Positions 48,001 to 60,086 of a stretch of DNA of 64,000 nucleotides are shown in pieces. Numbering within the stretch: position 1 is the first letter of the stretch; each line of letters begins with the position of its first letter. A model generated the notes under the pieces. The model saw only the letters and a program-made list of their open reading frames with translations. It was not told where the DNA came from and did not search any database. The position numbers and the translations under genes are program-made. The DNA is from Zygnema circumcarinatum SAG 698-1b (lineage: Eukaryota > Plantae > Zygnematophyceae): contig CM074816.1 in the NCBI GenBank assembly GCA_037447605.1, positions 2,198,525 through 2,262,524 of the forward strand, read 5' to 3'.

Positions 48001-49259
48001 GTCGCTAAATAGTTTTTAGCAAAACCAAAGTAAGGCAATATTCACAAGGTAGGAAATTTATCCTTATTTTCATATGAAAGTTTTAGCAAAAAAAAATCGA
48101 TAATAATTTGAGTAACCCCTTTCAACAAATTAGCAAATTACTGCAAAGCTTTGACGTGGACAATGAACGAGCGTCGCTTGAAGTTTTGACATGCAATGCC
48201 GGGCATTACCCTTTAACTTTCGCAACTTACTAATATGCTTCAGAGATAATTTGAGATTGAGGAAGTTCGTTAAATAAACTTGAGCATATCACTTCTCATT
48301 CGACTCTCGTGTTCACGTCTTCAAGTGAATTTTTTTTCCTCCCACGGCCACATTTCATTCCATTTTTCCTCAAATTCCCTAGTCCATACCTTATCCCGCC
48401 TTCTCATCTCCTCCCTATCTACTGTCCACCATCGTCTCGCTCTGTAGCAGCATTCCTTGCTTTGGAGATACAATTTCAGCACCTTCTCAGATTAAGACCC
48501 TCCCTTTCAACTCTCTCTCTCGTCTCACTCTTTCACCTCCCTTTTATCTCCTCCGTCCCTCTCTTTTCCTCATCTCCCACCCCTGCACCCTTTAACCTCC
48601 CTCTTCCACCCCTGCATTCCCCCCTCCTCTTGCAGGAGGACTTCTCACCTGTACACAGGCCCTGACTCCAGCATCCATTTGAAAAGAGGAAGGAAAAGAG
48701 CTCCTCCCAGCAGGTCCTTGACATCATCCAGCTTTGCATCCGCCACAGGGATGCCTGATACGTCGGGCCCCCGGAGCTGCGACACGAGCGAGGTCAGCCA
48801 ATCAGGGCTCACCCAGGAGAGCCCTGCGCCTGCCACGTCCTTGCTGCCGTCACCGCCCGTCTTTTCGTCTCCGCCATTGGAAGATTTTGCAGAAGGAGAA
48901 GTTCGAGCTCTGTCTTCGGGAGAGACGCTTGTTCTCGCACTCAAACGCGCCCTGTACTGGAACGAAAGCACCGCATTCAGTCTCTCTATGAGGTTGTGAT
49001 TGGGGTTGCGGTTGGTTTTCTGGTTTAGGTTGCTTGAGCGCAGAAGCTGAGAATGTGTAGTGGCGCGGGGCTGGAAGGCGAGGCGAGACGAGCGATGGCC
49101 ATGGCGGGCAGCTGCCGGGTTTAGGATTTGAAGGGGGGAGCAGGAGCGGGAGACGTGTGCAGTGGTCATGGCGAGGGCAGCCGCAGGCAGCAGCAGCAGC
49201 AGCAGCAAGGGGGCGAGAGCGAGGGCGAGGGCGAGAGAGGGGGAGGCGGCCGGCTCCAT
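45068..49259 (-). CDS. CYP97C: Carotenoid epsilon-ring hydroxylase, cytochrome P450 CYP97C (LUT1-like); start 49259 or 49169
   Basis: [11 protein letters not shown]...[23 protein letters not shown]; LAAGPRNFV; [14 protein letters not shown]; ESMR (ExxR); PERF; heme motif [10 protein letters not shown]; TTGATIHT. Last exon GLWMTLRS...* ends at 45068. Confidence 0.92.
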
Positions 49260-49450
49260 GTGCGATGAAAACAGTTGCCCGTCACGGTTCGGTGTGCCGG
49301 GCCGTGAACTGCGCGGTTTTATGTCAAAAGCGCGCCCGCCCACACCAGGCCGAGAAAGTATCTTTCGTTGCTCCGTGTCGCGGGTGGCGCGTCGGCGCGC
49401 GCTCGAAGGCGCCCCCCGCAGGCGCGGGCTGCAGGCAGGCAGGCAGCGGC

Positions 49451-49641
49451 GGGCATGGGGCATGGGGCATGGGCATGGGCATGGGGCATGGGCATGGGCA
49501 TGGGGCATGGGCATGGGCATGGGGCATGGGCATGGGGCATGGGCATGGGCATGGGGCATGGGCATGGGGCATGGGCATGGGCATGGGGCATGGGCATGGG
49601 CATGGGCATGGGGCATGGGGCATGGGCATGGGCATGGGCAT
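49451..49641. repeat. Array of 30 units (19 GGGCAT and 11 GGGGCAT)
   Basis: Units counted by eye; every unit carries a G3 or G4 tract on + and an ATG on -. Confidence 0.95.
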
Positions 49642-49916
49642 GGTCGCCCGCTGGGCAATGCCGGGCCTGACCGGGGAGGGCTGGAGCGGCGGAGACGCGT
49701 CCTCACGATGGCCCTTAAGTTCAATCATCTAAAAAGTTATTTGTCAAACGTTCTCATCAAATTGTTTACTTTCACCGCTCGGCGATTAGTCAGTCAGCCA
49801 CACGCATGTCTCGTGTGGCGATTGCGACATGTATGATCAGATTGGCATGCATTGTCCCTTGAGGTGTAACTGTGCCACTCGTGTATCTGACTGCCACGGT
49901 TATTGACATTGGTCAC

Positions 49917-50095
49917 CTCACGCATGCATGGCGATGATGCCATCACATGCACATGCACAAAAACGGCATGGGGGTCCAAAGGGAAAGCGGTTACAACATG
50001 AGCTTGGCGCGAAAGAAAAGAGAGAGGATGTGGCATTGATCTCACGATGGCGATGATGCCATCAAATGTACATGGAAAAAATCATCATGGGGAAC
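49917..50095. repeat. Degenerate direct duplication (~50 bp; 49917-49975 and 50041-50095) with core ATGGCGATGATGCCATCA
   Basis: The 18 bp core is identical and the flanks are similar (CTCACG upstream; ACATG, A-run and CATGGGG downstream). Confidence 0.7.
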
Positions 50096-50570
50096 CATGA
50101 GGAACTGGTCGCTAAAGTTCTAAGGACCAAAAGACAAAAATATAGGAGCGTAAAGCTACGGAAAAGAATAGCTTTGAAAGGAAAGCCATGAGCAGCGGGC
50201 GAGCGCCTCGCCACTCCGTCACTCACTCGGCGAGGGAGCGAGCGAGCTCTGCAGGAGCGGGCCTGCGGGGGGCGCGGTGGGGCCAATCTGGACCCTCCAT
50301 TGCATCGCACGGATTGCCGCCATGTGGCACCGACCGGACATGATTGTGCCGCATCACGTGGAGGCTAGCACGTTCCGTTCCGTTCCTACCCGTTTCGTTG
50401 CAGCGGGCGGCACAGCGGACTGGCGTTCCATGCTGCGGCGCTAGGGCGCTAGGGCTGGCGGGAGCGGCGAGGCGGGCGGAGGCGCACCTCAGCGCGACAC
50501 CTGGACGGCTCCAGGCGGGGGCAGGCGGCCAGGGCAGGGGGGAGGCCAGGGCAGGGAAGGGCAGGTGGAA

Positions 50571-53394
50571 ATGGGAGATATCAACGCCCTCGTGGACGAC
50601 TTTGCCACAAAGCTGAAGAGAAGGTGCCTCCGCAATCTCCCTCTCTCTCTCTCTCTCTTTTTCTCTCTCTTTCTCTCTTTTCTCTCTCTCCCTCTCTCTC
50701 TCTCTCTCCCTCCCTCCCTCTCTCTCTCTCTCGGTGTGTCTCTCTTTGTGTCCCTCCCTCTCTTTCTCGCCTCCCTTACAATCCCATGGAACCAAAGCTG
50801 ATAAGCATGTCTAGCCATCGTTCCCGCAGTCCCGCTCTCGTGACCCTCCCACCGCTACTCTCTGCGTCCACCCTCTCTTCTCCTTCCGCTCACTATCATT
50901 ACCCACTCCTCTCTCCTCTCTTGCTGTCCCGGCCCCCCAATCTTCCCCCTCCCCCACCCCCCTCTCTCTTTCGCCATTAAGTCGAAAATTCTTACGACGG
51001 CACCTGTTCAAACTCATTACATTGATTCTTGACTTTGGAAAAAAATTGAATTTCTTATTTTTTATAAAAGCTAGTCTGCACTCCGCAAAGGTCGAAAGGG
51101 AGCTGCTCATGGAAGCGGTATGCCTGATGTCTGTGGTTCAAGTATGAGCAAAATTGTAGTTCCACATTTGCCTAGGTTCTCATCTCTCTCTTCTTTTCTC
51201 GCTCTCTCTCATTCTCTCCCTCGCCCTCTATGTTCTGTTCATGAGGCTGTGCCAGACAAGTAGAAGGCTCTCTTACCACTGCTCGGCGTACTGCGGAGCT
51301 CCTTCGCCAAGTCACCTCATATCAGCGAATAACATCAAATTCCCCTGCCTCTGTCTTGCTCGATGCTGTTAAATCTGTTGGTCTTCGACTTATAGCGGCA
51401 AATCCAACAGGTAGACAATCCTCCATAGATTCTCTTTCATTGTATATATTTCTGCTTTCTTGTCTATGGTTTATCTCTTTCTTTTTCCCATTTTCCTCGC
51501 TTGACTCTGCTCCTCTCCACTTCTTACTCGTACCTCTGCATATAGAGCTCACTATTGGCAACATTGTGCGCCGAGTTCTCCATATAATTCGCGAGGAGGA
51601 GGCGACTCTAGCAGCCTCATCTGCGACTGAAAAAAAAGCAGCTGGAAGGGGATTGGGGGGAGAGGAAGAGATCTTTGAAAGTGGTGACGTGTTGGGGGAA
51701 GAAGTGAACTTCTCAGCAGCTGCTGTTGCTGCCGCTACTCGAAGCATGTTACGCTCCCCATCATTACATGGTTTACTCGAGTCGGTGCCACGTGTCCCAA
51801 GGCAACAGGGCGATACAGCGGTTTCAACAGAACTAGAGAGTAGAGGGGGAAGAGGTACGCTCACTTCGCACACGCATTCCGATCTTTGCATGAAAAACGA
51901 AGAAACTTGTGACCAAAAATGGAGTGAATGGAGGTGCCAAATCTTATTTCTTGTCCTCGGGGTTTTGGGACCTATGGGGAGCCATTTGGTTTCCAGGTGT
52001 AGATATTAAGAGTACTCGAAGTTGGAAGTTAAAGCACAATGTAATTGAAGGTATTAACGAACTTCTTGGAGAAATCGAAAATTTTCGGTCCCAAATGGCA
52101 GAGCAAGCTCTTGAACACATCCATCAAAAGTAAGCTGTTCTTCACATTGACGCAGGTGAATTAGCAATCGCTTTGAAGTATGCATTCGCTGCTGCTCCTA
52201 TCTCCTTTAGATAGGCTCATCGCTCCCCTGAACATCCCATAACCTTTTTTCTTGGGTGCGATCACCTTGTGCTGCAGTGAGGTGATTCTGACGCTTGGAC
52301 GATCTCGAACCCTCCTCAGCTTTCTATTGGAGGCTAAGAAAAAACGTTCTTTCCAGGTGGTAGTGGCCGAGGGAGCACCGAGGTGAAGAACACAATACCT
52401 TCCCCCCATTCTGGGTTCTGTACTGAAATAGCTACTTCACTGTCCTTTTTTACATTTGAGCTCTGCTAGCATGCCGGATGGCAAGTCTCCACGACCATGG
52501 GGAACAATGAGGTTTGATCATTTAGGTGTAAGGACAGGGAGAAGAACAGCTTAGAGGGAAGATACCTAACTCCTGAAGTCCTTTCCTTCCTTCATAAAGG
52601 CTCCTATGGTGTCTGAACTCTCTTTTTGGTGACTGCAGATATGACGGGCACATCCTGGCAAGGGAGCTTTCAAAAGAGGGTCTTCAAACGACAGCCATCA
52701 CCGACTCCGCTGTTTTTGCCATGATGGCACGTGTGAACATGGTCATCGTTGCAGCTCACGCCGTTATGGCCAACGGAGGAATCGTTGCGCCGGTGGGACT
52801 GCACATGGTGGCGCTTGCAGCGAGACGTCACGCAGTGCCATTTGTCGTCCTGGCGGGTCTCTTTAAGGTGCTCCCCTCAGACATTTGCACACTTGTTTTG
52901 CTGATTCTCGCAAAGAGTGAACGGGGGAGAAAGTCAAACATGTGGATCTAGAGAGTGATCCCTTTGAAGACCCTAATGACAAGGCCTTTTCCTGCTGGCA
53001 ATATTTCCAGCTTTGCCCCCTGTACCCGCACAACCCGCGAACCATGCTGAACGACATGAGATCGCCTGCGGGAATTTTAGACCTTGGGGAGCTCTCGAGC
53101 TGTCTGGAGGATGCAAGCGGAGGGTCGCGCGTGCAGGTGGCGAACCCAACCTTCGATTACATCCCCCCGGAGCTCATCAGCCTCTTCATAACGGACACGT
53201 GAGTCATCACATCGCAACTAAATGGAGCTTGCTGCTCGTGCTCTCATCGGCGCTTTGTTCTCTGCCGTGGAAGGTAAATTCGTCGTTGTATTTATTATTT
53301 TTCCTTTCTGGATGGAAATAGGGGAGGGCATAATCCGTCGTATGTGTACCGGCTCGTGGCGGAGTACTACAGCCCCGAGGACTGCGTGCTATGA
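50571..53394 (+). CDS. EIF2B2: Translation initiation factor eIF2B subunit beta
   Basis: [17 protein letters not shown]; [23 protein letters not shown]; [17 protein letters not shown]; VAEGAP; [28 protein letters not shown]; [31 protein letters not shown] at 53392-53394. Confidence 0.92.
50638..50765. repeat. (CT)n-rich tract at the start of eIF2B-beta intron 1
   Basis: Read directly from the sequence. Confidence 0.9.
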
Positions 53395-54345
53395 TGGATG
53401 GATGGATGGATGGCTTGTTCACGTCAAACGCGCCATGACAGCTTCTCCGAGCGTCATGATGAGGAGGCTGGCTCATGGTCCCTCTCCTCTCATTTTTGCC
53501 GATCATATTCATCCACTGGAGTTGGTCCCTTAATGTATGGTGGACGCGGCTCTCAATAATAATGGTCCTTGCTCTGTTCACAGCCCTCTGTTCAGTGCTC
53601 GGGACTTCTTTGTCTATGCGACCAAACCTCACGCATGGCTTCTTCAATTTTCATCATATCTCTCTTGAAATGAGTTCACGAGATACAAAATTTTGCGTGT
53701 TTCAGAGCAATTCGAACCGCGACTTTGAAGCTTCTGAGGGGGTATAAGGTTTCAAAAGTGTAAGTGAGACTTGTGTCCACCTTGCAACAAAGCGGTGGAA
53801 AAATGAAGTCATGGTAGAATTGAACGTCAACTTCGGTCGCCGCTGGCCACCTCTGGCGGAACATTCATTGTGTATCGCGGGAAAAACTGTTGCCTCCATG
53901 TGGTGTGCTCTTAAAAACTGTTTTCGCAAATTTTACCTTAACTTCTTTCGCAAGAATGCATGTACCGGTGTCGCACTCCATTCTTTGGGAAATGTCAAGA
54001 GGTTGTCAGGCCCTATCATCTCTAGAGTGTAGCAACAACAACAAAGGTAGCATAACAACGCTCACTTGGACCCAGCCATAAGCTTGGCAGACACCCCATG
54101 TCAAAGCAAACAAGCGAATTAGCTCTTTCACCACAACAGAAGAATATGCCAAAAATGTCTTTAGGTTGCCTCGTCCTTATCATACAGAGGACTCAAGTGA
54201 GAGAACATTGTACAGTATATGCACCAATTATGAAAGAGGGTTTAGGTGTGTGAGGACAGCAGGTCAGTGATCAGAGAGAAGGCCAACGTTGGAACTCTCC
54301 TTAGATGCTGTCTCCAACCTTGAAGCTCTCACTTTCACGACCTCT

Positions 54346-57300
54346 TCACTCCAACTCCTTCATGAAATCGGTATTATCGACGAACACCTGGAGGCAGAAG
54401 TGCAAAGTTCAATTTGTGTCACCAAGCCTCCCTGAGTGCGAGCTGGGATGAGAATAGCCATGCTTCAAAGAGGAAAGCAAGGAAAACCACACGAAAGAAA
54501 AGAGCTCACAGTTTTCCATCCATCGGGGTCGAGAAAGGCAGTAATCTTCGTGTTGATGCCAGGAAGAGGTCCAGGTTCCCTTGTGATCTTGCCGCCCGCG
54601 AGCCGCACCGCTTCCGCTGTCTTGTAAACATCGTCCGTGCCAACAGCAATCTGAGAAAAAAAAAAATATCGAATCTCATAATAAAACTGTGGTGTTCTGT
54701 CGCTGGGGGCGGACACCACCTTTGCAGTGGCGATACAGAACCTTTCAACCATGCCTTCAACCAACAACTTTTTCTCTTTGATGAAACATCAAATATGACT
54801 TCGTTCCAGTAAACCAAGTAAGTAAAGTAACTTGTGGACAAAAAAAAAAAAATGCCTTTGATGGAAAACCAAGACACTTGAGAGCCACAGTTCAAGAAAT
54901 AGAGGTGTAATACCTGGCCATACGCATTTCCTTTGGTGTATTCGGTGACCCCATAATTGTACGTCAATTCGAGGACAGCCGACTTTTCCTCAGGGCCATA
55001 CCCCATCATTGCAATGGTATACTGGCACAGTGAAACCGTTCCGTAAAATAGTCCAAGAATCCGTTGACATATACACGTCACAAAGTACGCGTCAGAATCA
55101 AGCAAGCATCAACTGTGAGAGGTGAAAACATTCTCCTGTAAATGGACACATCAGCATCTTTGAGCACATACAAAATAGGCAAAAGATTCGAGATGTGAAA
55201 CCGTATCAATTTGTTTAACAGGACTGAAGGTGGATCAAGGAAGATCTGACCTTATACTCAGGATTATCCCTCTTCCTCAGAAGTTTCATTCCAAGAGCCT
55301 GCCAACTCCACCAGGCAAGAAGATATTATGCATGACTCAACATATGAAGCGATAACATAACGGACGGTACTGATCACATTATTTTCGGTGTCCTTGTGCA
55401 GCATCAATCCCTTCAGCTGTCAGATTCATCTATCATGCAAACATGTACAATTTTCCTTCTGAACCTATGTCGTTATTTCCGATATCCATCTTATCTGCAG
55501 GTAAATGTCATGCCGGATCCAAGTCCCATACACACTTCGAGTCAGTGACACTGTTAGAATGAATGCAAAAAATATAGCGACCGTGGGCTGCTTATCGAAT
55601 CCTAAACTAAAACTACTCAACATTGCCACGAGTTGCAAGTTGACCGGCTAACTTGAAGGAGGCATGAATCTAGCTATACATGAATATTGAATATAATCCA
55701 GTTTCATTTACTATCTTTTGCTTGTAGGGGACAAAGGCGGATGTGGACTGTCCCACCTTTTCGTAGAAGGTGATGGCTCTATCAAGGTCACCCACGCGCA
55801 GCATGACCTGGCAGAGCGGCTCTGGTGTAGGGGGTCTTTGAAGCAGTTCAAACTTATAACCATCGGGATCCTGCACATTCATTTTTAAAACTCGTCACAC
55901 ATGTACAATGAAGCAGTGGTCCTCGAAGGAACCCTGATCCAAAACAGAATACCCGCCTACACGGTGAGCAGGACAAGTATATTCGTCATCATAGTCCGAG
56001 GTGAGGCGAAACCATTGAAGTCAGCTTACTGCTGTCAAGCACAGCTCTCACCTCACATAGACAAACAACGAGAGGGAGGTTTATCACAGCAGACGAAGCA
56101 AGCGAACAGGCTTTCTTGTAGGCCCCACATTCGAGTACCAAACGTGCCGAGACGAACTTGCACTATTGCATTCTTGCATAAAGGCCCTTACATTTCTATA
56201 TTTTAGAAATAATCGAACTATGGAATGCCAAATAAACAACAGTGCAAGCAGACGTTCACCTTCCACTTTTATAAGAATAACAAAAAACTGAGTCCTGTCA
56301 ACAGGAATTGCCAACTACTAGTAAGTGATACAGTTCATGCTTTGTTAGAACAAAACATCGTCGGCTGGCAACCCAGTCTGCATAAACTCAGACCATTGTT
56401 ACTTTCAGTGAAGTGGAAAATAAGCATATATGCTTGCACTGTCATTTATACAATGTTCAGCATTCTGTGTCTAACGTATGATGCACGTCCCTGGTGTTTT
56501 CCGCCTCGTGAGCTGCACTAAGACTGTTCTGTCGTCTAAGTTTCAGACATGGGTACGTGGACTCACCTCCACAAATGCAATAACGCTTGTCCCACCCTTC
56601 ACTGGCCCTGCCTCCCTGGTCACCTTACCGCCCTTGGCCTTTATCAAATCCACTGTCTTATAAACCTGCCACCAAGAACGACAAATGTTCCAGGACCAGG
56701 ATCGGAAAGAGAACATATAGTATTCGAGCACTCCTCTCAATAGATGTATCACTAAGGTTATCAAACCATCTCCCGGCTTCCACTGCATAATACTGGGTAG
56801 TAGAGGTCAATAATGTACTAACACGTGAACGGATAAGGCAATGTAGCTTCTCAGCTGCGGTACTTCTTTCTCTATACGAAAGCTCTATTCTTCAACGCAT
56901 ATCTAGTCAGGTTCCGTTTTCATCAGTGATTCAAAGTGTGACTTCAAGTAAGAGACAAGCTCCTTTACAGCAAATTAGAGGAATGTAAACATATGAAAGG
57001 TCGCAGCACTTCAAGCTCATGAGACGTTCTTGATGCTCGTGACAAACTTACATCGTCCACAGCGACACCGAAGTGACCGAAAGCTGTGCCGAGATCATAC
57101 TTGTCCACACCATAATCTGCAGCAAATATGCTTTACAAGGTCGATCAGGGATGTCATCCAAAGGTCCAAGGGAATATGACATCCAGTCCAAAATATTACA
57201 GAAACACTTAATGTTTAAATCTAACAGATTTCGTTCAGTATTTTCCAGGAGTTTGCCTGGAAATTCCAAAGCTGTGCCAAATTCAATTGCAAGAAAGGGA

Positions 57301-58724
57301 ACAAGCCGAGTTCGAGGGGCAAAAGAGCGGACACCCACTGTATGTCAGCTCCACTACGAAATGTGAATCCTCCGGACCATAGCCGAGGAAAGCATTTGTG
57401 TATTTTTCCTCTGGAATGTCACGCTTGCGAAGGAGCTTCATACCCAGACATTCAGTATAGAACCTGGTCGCGAGAATACGATGAAAAGGACGGACCCTTA
57501 TGGTAAGCACAGAAGCATTCATGCATACAACCGAATATAAATCTCACTCAACAGGAACCATGTGCTCCTCGTCTTATATTCAGCTTCGATGCACAATATA
57601 TTCGAATGTGCATTAAAGCGCAAGCCAGAAGAGATTAAAGAAAAAATGCAGTTATCACATACTTAATCGTCTTGTCCATATCCCCAACCCGATACACAAC
57701 ATGCAGCATTCTCCTCTTATCGTTCTTCAGAAACTCTGAAATCTCCTCTGTTGTCATTGCTGCTGTAGCCGTCTCTCCGGCCTGAGCCATAGTTGTCCGC
57801 CTTACGACGACCCCTGCGGCCAAAAAAAAGCACAACTAATACAAGTGAACACGTGACCAGACAGCGCAATCGTGGAATGCACAAGAGATTAAAGTAGAGG
57901 TGAATCTGAAGCAGCTACTACAACACGAGAAGTGTCCTGATAATAACGATAGTTTTTTTTTTGGGACCAAAAACCAAAAAGGCAAAGGTGCAGTGAAACG
58001 AAGATAGCTGCGCTGGCACTCGAGAAATGGAAGATGGAGGGGGGAGGGTGAAGAGGGAAGGATATTCACAGCCGAGCAAAAGGAGGCATCCCAGTATAAA
58101 GGCCGTGCGGTTAGTATATGAACTCTTAGTCGCCATTGCTGCAAATAATCGTAAAACACGACAGTATCTGCTGTTCATTCATTCCAGAGAATTTAGGAGA
58201 TGGATGAGAAACAATAATGAGCAAGATTAAAAAGGAAAATATCAGAAGGAGGGAGGTAGCTGCTGCGGGAAGACGAAGGCTATGCTTGATGTTGCCGGCA
58301 GACCTCACGAAAAATGGCCAGACCTCGGGAATGACATTTAAAAGAGAGGAGATGATCCAGCAACAGAAAAATAATGCAAAATTAGTTGTTCTTGCTTACT
58401 GACAAGTGCCTGCCAACATCAATTGATCCTCCTGCAACAGCAAGCCTGTCAGCAAAATGACAAAAAATAGAGTTCATCTCAAAAACACAGGCAATAAAAA
58501 ACCAGCCCGGTGCAGATAGATCTTCAACCTGATGCTTTGCGCTCACTCCTCGACTGTGCAAGCGATCCACGAAGCCTTTCTCCGAAAAGACTTGTTCCAA
58601 ATGCGGCGGACGGAATGCCTTTTGATGCCTGCGGAGCTGCCTCACAGAAACGAGCGCGCCGCAGCGCAGAGGAGAGAGCCGAGGCGCTGCTCAAGCTTGC
58701 AACCAGAGCGGCTGCGGCTGCCAT
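54346..58724 (-). CDS. GLX1: Two-domain (plant Ni-type) glyoxalase I / lactoylglutathione lyase with an N-terminal transit peptide
   Basis: [12 protein letters not shown]; [41 protein letters not shown]; [10 protein letters not shown]; [14 protein letters not shown]; DPDGYKFEL; [14 protein letters not shown]; [12 protein letters not shown]. Confidence 0.93.
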
Positions 58725-60086
58725 AGAACAGCCTCCCCTGCAGCTTGAGGCCTTCCCCTCCCCCTCTCGCTCTCGGAGGGAGGGACTGCCACTTGTAAGC
58801 GCCGGAGTCACAAACGCGGAACTCGGTCCATGTTGGCCTTCCGTTACGCCGTTCTCCGTTCAAGGAGAGAACTGTAACGGGCGCGGCTCGCGCGCAGACC
58901 ACGGAACGAAAGTCAACGGCCACGTCCGACATGAGGCCGTCAGGCCAATCAGAATGCACCACGAGGAAGAATGTGCCACTTCGGTTACAGATGTGGCGTT
59001 GACTGGTTTGACTTACGCGGTCAGCATGCCACGTGGATGCCCTTCGTCGACGCGTGTCCCTATGGGCCTAGGGGGCCCTCTCCATGCTGTAACAGAGGTA
59101 GCCAGTTTGTCGCAGTTCTATAGCTTTTAGTTGCAGTTCGCATAGAACGGGGCCGTTCGAGAGAATCTATGTGTTGAGTAATTTGTCAGCAAATCCGTGC
59201 AACTGGTGCCGACTGCGCCCCAGTTCGAACTCTGACGGAGAACAGCGAACGGCATGGGCCTATCTGCTCTAGATCCTTTCATTCTCTTCCAGGGGGGAAC
59301 AACAACACGCACCCTCATGCGAGCATCCATCCATGTTCACGCCACAACAACAACAACACCAGCAAGCAGTGCATGCAGCAAGTTGGTCTGGCAATGAGGG
59401 AGTGAGTCGCTCGCTACACTGTACACGCGTGACGCGTGGCAGTCATTGTTTGCTTAGGAATGGGATACATCGGCATTGCATTGGGGAGGGGGGGAAAAAA
59501 AAAGAGACTACTTTCCTGACTCCGAAAAAAGAGGTATTTTTACCAAAACAGAGTGTACCGTAGTCGAGCACAAGCAGCAAGCAATCAGCAAAAGGCATGT
59601 CGGCGGATTTAGTGACCTATTCTAACTACTGGAAAGACCTACTGCCATAGAGTCACGAGCTACTTCATTGTGTAGTCGCTCTATCTATGTAATGACTGCA
59701 ATGAAACACAAAAAAATAGACCGAGCGAGAACTGTCGACCATCTGTAGGCATAGCCACCTGAGAGTTGGTGATACGACGGCGCATGTCCTTCCCCATGAC
59801 TCGGGTCTACCTCCCCTTATTCTGCACAGCATGATGATGGCAGCAGCATTACAGCACGAGCTGCTTCCCAGAGCCTTCTCCACTCTGTTCTCTGTATCCT
59901 CCACATCAGAAAGAATAGGACTCCCCTCTATGTACAGAGCTCTACAAATAAAACTGACAAGCCACCACACACTACTCACTCCAAACCTACTATTACCACG
60001 CAATATAAAGCTCCTCAGACCGAGCCTCTGAAGCCCTCTCCCTCTCTCCACCCTCCTCCCTCCACCCTCCTCCCTCCCAACGGTAT

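Noticed and set aside
49157-49836. Plus-strand ORFs rich in GHGH/WAWA/MGMG
   Set aside because: Stop-free readings of the GGGCAT array, antisense to CYP97C, with no domain signal.
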